Positions 10,201-21,300 of a stretch of 64,000 nt of DNA are shown in pieces (the stretch's first letter is position 1; each line of letters opens with the position of its first letter). The stretch spans positions 558,001 to 622,000 of the forward strand of contig NW_025766636.1 of the NCBI RefSeq assembly GCF_003918875.1, written 5' to 3'. Made by a program: the position numbers and the translations under genes. The DNA comes from Haliotis rubra. Taxonomy: Eukaryota. The notes beneath the pieces were generated by a model. That model saw nothing but the letters and a program-made list of their open reading frames with translations. It searched no databases and was not told where the DNA came from.

Positions 10201-12950
10201 ACACCATTTTCTTGTATATCTTATGCAATATCTTACCTGGGTATATATAGGGAGAATCTGGACATCATTTCACGTGTTCAGGTATCTTACGTTTTACTGG
10301 ACGCTAGGTGTTTGAGCTCAGCGACATCATCCTCTTGTAAGCCTGCAAAACCATCTCCAGTTAATATGTCTGTATGACCTGACCAGGGCGATATCACTAT
10401 CATAACTCTTGTCGATGGTTGTCTTCCAGGTACTACGAGGACCTGCAATGCCTGGAAGTGGACGCCGTGGTGAAGAAGAGGCTTGAGGAGGGCCATAAGG
10501 TGTCGCTGCCCAATGGAAAGCTTCTGGAAAGACTACTGACTCTGAAGATGATCAGAGAGAACATACCCTTTGACCCCAGCTACAGCGGGTGGGACGTGCC
10601 TCGCATTGAAAACCCCACTAAAGCCTGCTTCCACCCGGCGCTGGTGGCCCTGGCAGAGGACAGGCTTAACAGCATCAAGTAAGCATAGTCCAAGAAACTC
10701 ATTACATACTATAGGTACCTTTGCCTCTTCGGTCGGGGACGTATCCAGCCTAGGTCTGGATGTAATTAGTGAGTGAGGTGGACACGGTGGAAGGGTATTT
10801 AGGGTATTTTTTTTTAGCATTATTTTTTATTTATTTATTATTTATTTTTATAATTATTTTTTATTTTTTTATTTTATTTTGTGTGTGTGTGTGTTTGTTG
10901 TTCGGGTTGGGTTAGTGATTTAATATGTGTTTTGGCTGCTGATATCCAAGCGCCCTTACTGCACATTGTAACCCCATGTGGTGAGTCGAGCTCATTTTAT
11001 CCATGAGACTGCCCTGTAATTAATGTCCAGTGAGACATCGTAACAACTAATCAGCACATTTCCGTATATACGTCTCATGGGTCGTAGGTATCATGTCACT
11101 TTAGTATGTATACACATGTTTCCGTATTGACGGAGGATACTTTCCCGGAGTTCCGGTAAAACGGGATTATAATATAACATATATTTCTGTCAACAGATTG
11201 AATCTGGAGTCCCCAGTAGTTGTGATGGGGGACGCCTCGGGCTCCATGGACGTCGCAGTGCGGACCAGCACCATCATCGCCAGTCTCCTCACCGCGGCGA
11301 CGTCTGCCAAGCTCGTCTTCTTCAACGAATGGACCAGGGATGCTCCCTACCTGCCAAAGACCGTAGAGCAGGTGGGTTATACATATTTGTTGTGTTGGTG
11401 ATAAATGCAGGGAAAAATACCCGGAATGGAGCCATACTTTTGACTGACGTTTGTGAATGACAGGATTTGTTTTGTTGATTTTGCATAAGAAGTTCGTAAG
11501 GCTAGGAACGTTTCGAGAATAGCTAGCCAGGAGTATAGTTCCGAAAACTTGAACCTGCAACTGCGAGTGAACGTTCCGCTAACTTTGATTACGGTAGGAT
11601 AATAATATATGGATGAACAACTTCCATACTGACAAAGATATTTTATGGATTTAAGCTTCTTTATTCTTTCTGACACTACGTTTCGGGATCATTACAGGTC
11701 CCTTCATCAGGTGAAGTGACAGTTGACACTATACTACTGTAATAAAGATCGTTCATCCATATATTATCGTTCCTTAGTTCCCAATTCTAAATGCCACTCA
11801 AAGAAGTTAGTTTTGGGTTGATGTTGACGAGGTCACATCTAGCATGGTCAGAGAGCGTACCTTGCAGATATACCTCGTTAGTGCTGTATCTGTTGAACAG
11901 ATACCCGTCGTATCGACTGTTGGTATGGTTGGTTGTTTATTCTATTTAACCCCGCACTCAGCAATATTCGAGCTATATGGCGGCGGTCTGTAAATAATTG
12001 AGTCTGGACCAGATAATCCAGTGATTAGCATGAGCATCGATCTACGCATTTGGGATACGATGACATGTGTCAACCAACCATCCGATCTCGTTAGTAGCCT
12101 CTTACGACAAGCATGGGTTGCTGAAGATCAATTATAACCCGGATCTTCACGGGTGACTGTTGTATGAAGAACACACCTGTTGTATGGTTGTTGTATGGTA
12201 TTCGTCTGTAGTATAGGATCCCTGCTCACGCTTTCGCTCTCAGGAAGTCATCACTTGTTGGACCGGGTTGTAACTGTGTTGTTGTCATGTTGCAGTGCCT
12301 GGAGTTGGCGGTGACCATACGAGCGGAGGGGGGCACGGCGCCTGCTGCCAGTCTCTACCCGTACTATAAGGAGAAGGAGGTGGTGAAGACGTTCATCGTC
12401 GTCACTGATGAGGAAGAGATGGACGAGTACGAGGGATACAGGTACGTCTTGGGCCTCAACCTCAGAGGGAACTGTCTCAAAAGAATCTGTAAATTATTTT
12501 TTTACGTCTACAATGCATATATCTGTAATTGAAAACTGGAAAGGAGGATGCAGTATGAGGGCCCTTTCTGGACAATTTGAAATGATAAAGTTAGGGAATC
12601 TTTGAAATACTGATGTGACTCTTTATAGCTGGGTGGATTCCTGTTGCAGGTTCTGTCCGCTGTTCAAGAAGTACCACACCGAGGTGTACCCGGCCAAGTT
12701 GGTGTTCGTGTCCTTCCTCCAGGGGCAGCACAGAGAAGGACGCATGGTGAAGGAACTGAAGGAAGAAGGCTTCAAGCCACTTCAGTACCGCCTGGAGACC
12801 AACAGGCCTGACCTCACCAAGCTGGACAATCTGTTCGGGATGCTTGCATCCAACTCGACTGAGTTCTTCGAGGATGAGATTAAGGAGATGGAATTTCGTA
12901 TTCAGAAAGACGGACTGAAGTCTGTGTTTAAATCCACTACAGCTGTTTGA
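7229..12950 (+). CDS. RGG + TROVE-like + vWA domain protein, paralogue B (~595 aa, complete)
   Basis: Exons 7229-7523, 8481-8734, 9118-9264, 9705-9925, 10430-10678, 11197-11371, 12296-12441, 12650-12950 total 1788 nt, all GT-AG and in phase; MIDAS-like DASGS...T...VTDEE. Confidence 0.9.
11598..11768 (-). mobile_element. Penelope-like terminal-repeat fragment with a degenerate hammerhead-ribozyme core
   Basis: Minus strand CTGATGA-AGGGA..TCCC-GAAAC..GTC followed by AATAAA; flanked by inverted atatatggatgaac / gttcatccatatat. Confidence 0.55.
11930..12154 (-). mobile_element. SINE-like repeat, family B
   Basis: Reverse-complement match to 3124-3346. Confidence 0.85.
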
Positions 12951-15394
12951 GTGTCAGAGCAATCTTTTCTGAAAGGTCAAAAAGTGGTTTACAGATAGCC
13001 ATTGAGGCTCATTCGATCTAAAATGAGGCTTTGTTTTTTGCTATGGTATCAGCATGGGGTTTCTGCCAGTGAGTTTTTGTTTTGAGACTACGTTAAATGC
13101 CAAAATGGGAATTCCATTGTGACGCATGTACCTCACATGTTACGTAAGGGCTTCCAGCTTTTGGATATGACTCCATGTTTCGCTCTGATCCCACTGATTT
13201 GAGAACAAATGTGTCAGTGTGCCGGTCATCTGATTTTGCAGAAGTGGTACCTCACCATCGTTATACTTTAGCTATGACTGCAAAGCTTTATATTGTGCAG
13301 TGACTGACACTGAACAGTTTGTGAAAAGACACGTGGACTGTAGACCTCAGACAATAGACGTGTGGTTTATGAGGAAGGTTTGGGTCTGGTGTCCACCGTC
13401 CGGTAGTGGTACACGTATCATGTACAGGACTGGACGCGTAGCTGACCGATCAAACGTTGCTACCGTACTGGAGAAGATCCATCGTTCTTTGAGGGAGGGG
13501 TTCACACATTATCATTTTAATTGTTGGTGAGTGTGCGTCTGTGTGCGTCTGTGTGGTGTGCGTTTGATCCGTGGGAGAAATATGTGTTACATGTGTGCGA
13601 GTGTGTGGGCGAGAGAAACGTTTCGTACGTGTATACACGTGTACATGGGTTCATGTTTTCTGGTGCTCGACAGACAGGTCGGAAGGGCCAGTGTTTGGGG
13701 GCAGATCGTGTAGTAACACACGTTTACAGTTAACATCACATAACACTGTTTCAGTTACATGTTTATAAGTTTCAGTTTATAGAATTAACGACGACAACCA
13801 TGTCATCAGTGTTTCCTAGTTAGACAAGTCGGCACCCTGTTTACAGCACAGCAGATTCATGTATGGTCAAGCAGAGTTTGGGTAAATGATACACGTCAAA
13901 AGTGCACTGCAAGCCACACCACTTGATTTTCTTCATGAAGGAACATGGTGTAACCACAGAAATCGGCTTAAACAAAAATAAGTTTACATCATTGCCCTTA
14001 TCCATGAAATAGAAAATGGCTGGCCAATGAGCCACCTGAAACATAAGCTGAGTAGAACCAATCCCTTGTCGACTATCAGTAGGATATGTGGGGCTGATGG
14101 ACCTGATACTGCTCGCCAGGAACAAGTTGGACTTCAATATATATTAGAATCAGATAAATAAGAAACGACTGTATATATTTGACCAGTGCAACCTCTCATC
14201 AAAGCACAACCTGTGATCTGTACATATAAGCTGTCTTCCAGTCCGGCTACAGTGTACTCCAGTTCGACATGTAGGCATGGAGCTGTAGTTTATGTGCTGG
14301 CATGTATCTCCAAGGCTAGGGTTTTACCCCGCTGTCTGCAATATTCCTGCAATGTTAGGGTTGTCATGGTTCCCACATGTAACACCCCCAACACACACAC
14401 ACCACCCCCACCCCACCCCCATACTGGGGAACATAGTATCATTCGACTTTAAAATAGACAACAGAAGAACTTGTTCACTGGACGTACTTTGGTCCAGCGT
14501 ATTTGGTGTCATCTTCCAGTGAAAACACTTGAATGTCTTGAAGTGCTGACTCAAAACCTATTCAGTTTCATTCCCCAAAATCCCAATATGCCCCCTGAAA
14601 AACCTACATTATTAATTTGGGGACATAGCTGTATTAGTGGGTGGTCAATAACAGAGTTATGTCCCTTGATCATTTCAGGAACAGATGATTATGGCTGTAG
14701 CGTAACAAAACGTCTGTGCAATCTCACTACTCTAAACAATCATCATTCCACGCTTGTTCACCTTCATCTAGAAATGTGCAATGCTCCTATGTATGCATTT
14801 ACACACTGCTGTTCTTTGTAAACAATTTTGATACTTTTACATTCTCTGCTTTGTACAGTGCCTGTTGTTGAAAACAAATGCAAGTATTAACAATTGTTGT
14901 ACAATGTTTATATTGTAATAAAGATGAAACAAAGTGTTATTTTTGACTCCTCCATTCCTGCTTGGCAATTATATGTGTAGCTTAACAGTCTTGAAAGTGC
15001 AGTCTCAAAAATACATACACGTATTTCCATTTTAAAACAAACTGTTTCCTTTCTAATGTAATCTCTTGCCTTTCTAATGTAAGACCAACATTGGTTACAT
15101 TCAACTAATGACAAGAGTAGTTCATATAACATGTATTAACTACTACAGTATATGTTCTGAGAAGCAGTTAATTAAATAGACTTACTTCATTTGCTTCAAC
15201 ATAATACCCAATACAATATTTGGTTCACCTTAAATACTTAACTGAACTGATGTACAGAATATAGGGACTTAAATGAATTTCCAGCCAATGGGCACTTGGG
15301 TGAAGAGTCAACAAATCGTGCTAAAAGCCACATAGCGGTATCTACAGTGTAGCCCTGGATCCTTTGCCAACCTAAAATGGAAATATCAGGTTTC

Positions 15395-18300
15395 TTATTG
15401 GGGAGGAATATTTTCTCGATGTTCGTATTTAGATGTGAAGTTATATTTGCCAAATAGAATCGGAGGCGGAGGTGTGTCACACTGTGTAGCTTTTAGAATT
15501 CTTGCTGACATGGTATCATCCCCAGCCTTTGTGTTGGCAGCAGAGGAGACAGTTGACGTTCCTGGCATGGTGCCTAGGTTGGCCAGTCTGGTGGAAAGCA
15601 GTTCCGGCAGGGGAGGCGTGTCTCGGTCTTTTATCTGCTTGCCAAGAAGTACTGGAGCTTCAGGGGGGTTTATGGAGCTGGTCGAGTTGTTGAATCGAAA
15701 TGATTGCGTCAGTTGGGTAATGTCCTGTTGGGATGGAAAACATGTTCAGAAATTACCATTAATCTGACCTATTGTTATTTCTATTATTGTTTTTCTCATT
15801 ATATAAATAGGATTGTACCAGAAAATTCAACATAAGATTGTATTGAGGTTGTGCCTGAAAACCTAATGTAAGTGTGAGTTCAGACCCTGGTTGTACCTGA
15901 AGACTGAGCGTGAGTTCAGACCCTGGTTGTACCTGTAGACTAAGTGTGAGTTCAGACCCTGGTTGTACCTGATCACAAAGTGTGAGTTCAGACCCTGGTT
16001 GTACCCAATCACTTAGTTCAAGTTCAGATCCTGGTTGTACCTAAAGACTAAGTGTGAGTTCAGACCCTGGTTGTACCTAAAGACTAAGTGTGAGTTCAGA
16101 CCCTGGTTGTACCTAAAGACTAAGTGTGAGTTCAGACCCTGGTTGTACCTGAAGACTAAGTGTGAGCTCAGACCCTGGTTGTACCTAAAGACTAAGTGTG
16201 AGTTCAGACCCTGGTTGTACCTAAAGACTAAGTGTGAGTTCAGACCCTGGTTGTACCTTAAGACTAAGTGTGAGTTCAGACCCTGGTTGTACCTAAAGAC
16301 TAAGTGTGAGAGCTCAGACCCTGGTTGTACCTGAAGACTAAGTGTGAGTTCAGACCCTGGTGTGACTAAGTGTGAGTTCAGACCTGGTTGTACCTAAAGA
16401 CTAAGTGTGAGTTCAGACCCTGGTTGTACCTAAAGACTAAGTGTGAGTTCAGACCCTGGTTGTACCTTAAGACTAAGTGTGAGTTCAGACCCTGGTTGTA
16501 CCTAAAGACTAAGTGTGAGTTCAGACCCTGGTTGTACCTGAAGACTAAGTGTGAGTTCAGACCCTGGTTGTACCCAAAGACTAAGTGTGAGTTCAGACCC
16601 TGGTTGTACCTAAAGACTAAGTGTGAGTTCAGACCCTGGTTGTACCTGAAGACTAAGTGTGAGCTCAGACCCTGGTTGTACCCTAAAGACTAAGTGTGAC
16701 TTCAGACCCTGGTTGTACCTAAAAGACTAAGTGTGAGTTCAGACCCTGGTTGTACCTTAAGACTAAGTGTGAGTTCAGACCCTGGTTGTACCTAAAGACT
16801 AAGTGTGAGCTCAGACCCTGGTTGTACCTGAAGACTAAGTGTGAGTTCAGACCCTGGTTGTACCCAAAAGACTAAGTGTGAGTTCAGACCCCTGGTTGTA
16901 CCTAAAGACTAAGTGTGAGTTCAGACCCTGGTTGTACCTAAAGACTAAGTGTGAGTTCAGACCCTGGTTGTACCTTAAGACTAAGTGTGAGTTCAGACCC
17001 TGGTTGTACCTGAAGACTAAGTGTGAGTTCAGACCCTGGTTGTACCCTGAAGACTAAGTGTGAGTTCAGACCCTGGTTGTACCTGAAGACTAAGTGTGAG
17101 TTCAGACCCTGGTTGTACCTGAAGACTAAGTGTGAGTTCAGACCCTGGTTGTACCTGAAGACTAAGTGTGAGCTCAGACCCTGGTTGTACCTGAAGACTA
17201 AGTGTGAGCTCAGACCCTGGTTGTACCTAAAGACTAAGTGTGAGTTCAGACCCTGGTTGTACCCAAAGACTAAGTGTGAGTTCAGACCCTGGTTGTACCT
17301 AAAGACTAAGTGTGAGTTCAGACCCTGGTTGTACCTAAAGACTAAGTGTGAGCTCAGACCCTGGTTGTACCTGAAGACTAAGTGTGAGTTCAGACCCTGG
17401 TTGTACCCAATCACTTAGTTCAAGTTCAGATCCTGGTTGTACCTGAAGACTACGTGTGAGCTCAGACCCTGGTTGTACCTAAAGACTAAGTGTGAGTTCA
17501 GACCCTGGTTGTACCTAAAAACTAAGTGTGAGTTCAGACCCTGGTTGTACCTGAAGACTAAGTGTGAGTTCAGACCCTGGTTGTACCTGATCACAAAGTG
17601 TGAGATCAGACCCTGGTTGTACCTGAAGACTAAGTGTGAGCTCAGACCCTGGTTGTACCTGATCACAAAGTGTGAGTTCAGACCCTGGTTGTACCTGATC
17701 ACAAAGTGTGAGTTCTGACCCTGGTTGTACCTGAAGACTAAGTGTGAGTTCAGACCCTGGTTGTACCCAATCACTAAGTTCAAGTTCAGATCCTGGTTGT
17801 ACCTGAAGCTTAAGTGTGTGTTCAGACCCTGGTTGTACCTGAAGACTAAGTGTGAGCTCAGACCCTGGTTGTACCTAAAGATTAAGTGTGAGTTCAACCC
17901 TGGTTGTACCTGAAGACTGAGCGTGAACTCTGGCATCTCCGGCTCCTTGTCCCAGGAAGAAGCTGGCACCGGGACAGATGGGGCCTTCATGTCAGTGACA
18001 GACTTCTGGATCTGCTTGACCCCCGGGGTCATCAGCACTGGCACCATGGGACTGTCATTGTCTGGCTTGCTGCTGAGGGTGCTGACCTTAGGGGCAGTGA
18101 TGGTTTTACTGATCTGCTTCATCCCTGGCGTCATCAGAAGAGGAGGAATGGGGCTGTCTTTGTCCTGAAGGACCAATCAAGCATGAAATACTCTCCAGCC
18201 AAAACAGTCTGATAAAGGACATGAAGGTTGATGGCACTGAACGAAATCTTTTCAGGGTTCTAGTTCCCTTTAACCAGTGGCAAGGACACAGTAAAAATCC

Positions 18301-21300
18301 AAGGTAGAGTCCCTGTCAGGCACAGTCCAAATAAGGTAGAAATCATAAATTTTATGACAAATATCTTGTGACTAAACTTGAGGGATGAAATGATTTTGAT
18401 ACCATATGTACCAACTGAAAATGTTCCAAACTGTGTAATAGTAAGTTAGTGCATGGTGAATTTAAACCAGTTACACACTGTGAGATGACGATTTCGAGTT
18501 TGGTGATATATGCCCATCCAAGACCAGAGAAAGAAATGCAAGCACTTTCTTCTCATTGGTGTTAAGGGGTCTTTTTGTTTCATTGACATTTTACATGAAC
18601 TTGCCACCTGAGCTTTGTTGTGAGCCAAACTTAAATCACATGATCATGATGCTTCAAATAGGTGTCCAAAATCAACACATCACAAAAATGTGACGTCATT
18701 TACAAAACACAGGGTATTCATCAAAAGAGAATGGGAATTTGATGCACCAGATAATCAAGGAACACTACCTCTGTGAAGGCAGGTTTTTTGACATTCTCTC
18801 TATACAGCTGTTTGTTGATCTGTTTGGCCCCAGGGGTGTTCAGCACGGGCGGAACAGGACTCCCCTTGGTGTCATAGTTGGGTCGCACATCCAGTCGTCT
18901 CCATCCCCCCTTGTCTGCAGGGGTCACGAAGGGGGCAGGGCTATCCTCTGTGAACATGGGCTGTGGTAGGTGATAACCTGCAACGATATTGCATGTGTAA
19001 GGCCAATGGTATCTTTCAGGGGGATAGGGAATCTCTGGCCCTAAATCAAAAAGGGGGGAAGTTTATGGATGTCATACTCTGTATTATGAGGAACACATTT
19101 CGGAGCATATTCTCAATCCTTCATCAGGTAGATGACAGCCTGGAAGCAGACAGCTTATATATGTATATGTGACGACAACCAAAGTGATAAGATACATAAT
19201 ATATGCCACGTCCTTCCCAACATAATACATAAGCTGACATCCATAAATGTCCTCCGCCTTATATCTTTCACTTCCAAATGCCATTCTAAGATCTATTTGG
19301 TTATCAATAACATGTACAGTAAAAAATTAAATGTTTCATTTTATCAATAAAATGTTTAACTGATTGTAGTGTGACCATTGTCATGTATTAACATAACAGG
19401 TGCCAAATTTTTATGCCAGCAACCACCCACTTGTCAGATGCTTGTAGTCTGCCTTTTTTAAAAGGAAGTTATGACAACACCATGATCAGTGCCTATCCTA
19501 CCCATTCTGTTACAGTCCGGTGTCTGCTGGGGAATATATCGGCCACCCATGAGGCTCGGAGTCACCAATAAACCATTGTGTTTGAAGAGAGCTGGAGTTG
19601 GAGAGTCTTCAGACAGACCTTGGTGTGGTGCATACAGTGAACTGAAACATGAAGACTAAATTACAGACCTTACCTGTATATATCTTGCTGTGTTATAACA
19701 TGGTATATCCCACCTGGGATATCTGAGGATCAGCAGTAAACATTTGCAGAGAATGAGTTTGGATTTCCACCTCTTTTGAACATATGTGAATTATATTACA
19801 TGTCAGTAGTCAATGAAAGTCTATTATTTGAACTATGAATCATGTATAGCTTGACCCCTTGTTTTTAAAACATTTCACTCATATCACCACATGTCAGCTA
19901 TGGTAAACAGCCCGAAGTGAACCAAGTTTCAACATCATTACACTTTGGTGATTCTCGTACCAATGAAGATAGACCCTGGATCATACTCTGTATGAAACTG
20001 GCTTGAACAAATGAACATCTGATCCTATCATGCGTAATGGACTGACTCTGAACAGTAAACTGACGTTGTAGCTCACTAGACCTCTCAAGTCCCCAAACAG
20101 CATAAACATAGTACACCTGGGCTGTGAGACATGCTGTGTGGGGGCAATAGCTCACCTGGGCTGTGGGACATGCTGTGTGGAGGCAATAGCTCACCTAGAC
20201 TGTGGTACATGCTGTGTGGGGGCATAGCTCACCTGGGCTGTGGGACATGCTGTTTGGGGGCATAGCTCACCTGGGCTGTGGGACATGATGTTTGGGGGCA
20301 TAGCTCACCTGGGCTGTGGGACATGCTGTTTGGGGGTGTAGCTCACCTGGGCTGTGGGACATGATGTGTTGGGACATAGCTCACCTAGGCTGTGGGAGAT
20401 GCTGTGTGGGGGCAATAGCTCACCTGGGCTGTGGGACATGATGTGTTGGGACATAGCTCACCTAGGCTGTGGGACATGCTGTGTGGGGGCAATAGCTCAC
20501 CTTGGCTGTGGGACATGCCAAGTTGGGGCATAGCTCACCTAGGCTGTGGGACATGCTTTGTGGGGGCAATAGCTCACCTTGGCTGTGGGACATGCTTTGT
20601 GGGGGCAATAGCTCATCTGGGCTGTGGGACATGCTGTGTGGGGGCAATAGCTCACCTGGGCTGTGGGACATGCTGTTTGGGGGCATAGCTCACCTGGGCT
20701 GTGGGACATGCTGTTTGGGGGCATAGCTCACGTAGGCTGTGGGACATGCTGTGTGGGGGCATAGCTTACCTAGGCTGTGGGACATGCTGTGTGGGGGCAA
20801 TAGCTCACCTGGGCTGTGGGACATGCTGTTTGGGGGCGTAGCTTACCTAGGCTGTGGGACATGCTGTGTGGGGGCATAGCTCACCTGGGCTGTGGGACAT
20901 GCTGTTTGGGGGCATAGCTCATCTGGGCTGTGAGACATGCTGTGTGGGGGCATAGCTCACCTGGGTTGTGGGACATGCTGTGTGGGGGCATAGCTCCTGC
21001 CTTTCTGTAGAATATTGAGTGTGAAGTCACTGAGTCCGAAGTCCTCCAGGCGTGGAGTCTTACATTCACTTGGCTTCGTCCGTGTAGGTGGGGTACAGGG
21101 TCTGGTTAAGGAGAGCAACTACCTACATTGTGACTGTAGAAGTGCACTTCCATAAGTAGTACTGTTTATAAGATTTCACTACCAAAAGTTGGACTGACAA
21201 GATTGCACTTCCAGACAGAGGATATGTTTTCACTTTCATGCGTAGAACTGTTGTTTCTTTATTTGCACTTTCAAAAGTAGTACTGACTTCTAGAGTCAGC

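Noticed and set aside
15869-17930. CRISPR array (36-bp repeats)
   Set aside because: Repeats are contiguous with no unique spacers, there are no cas genes, and the context is a eukaryotic intron
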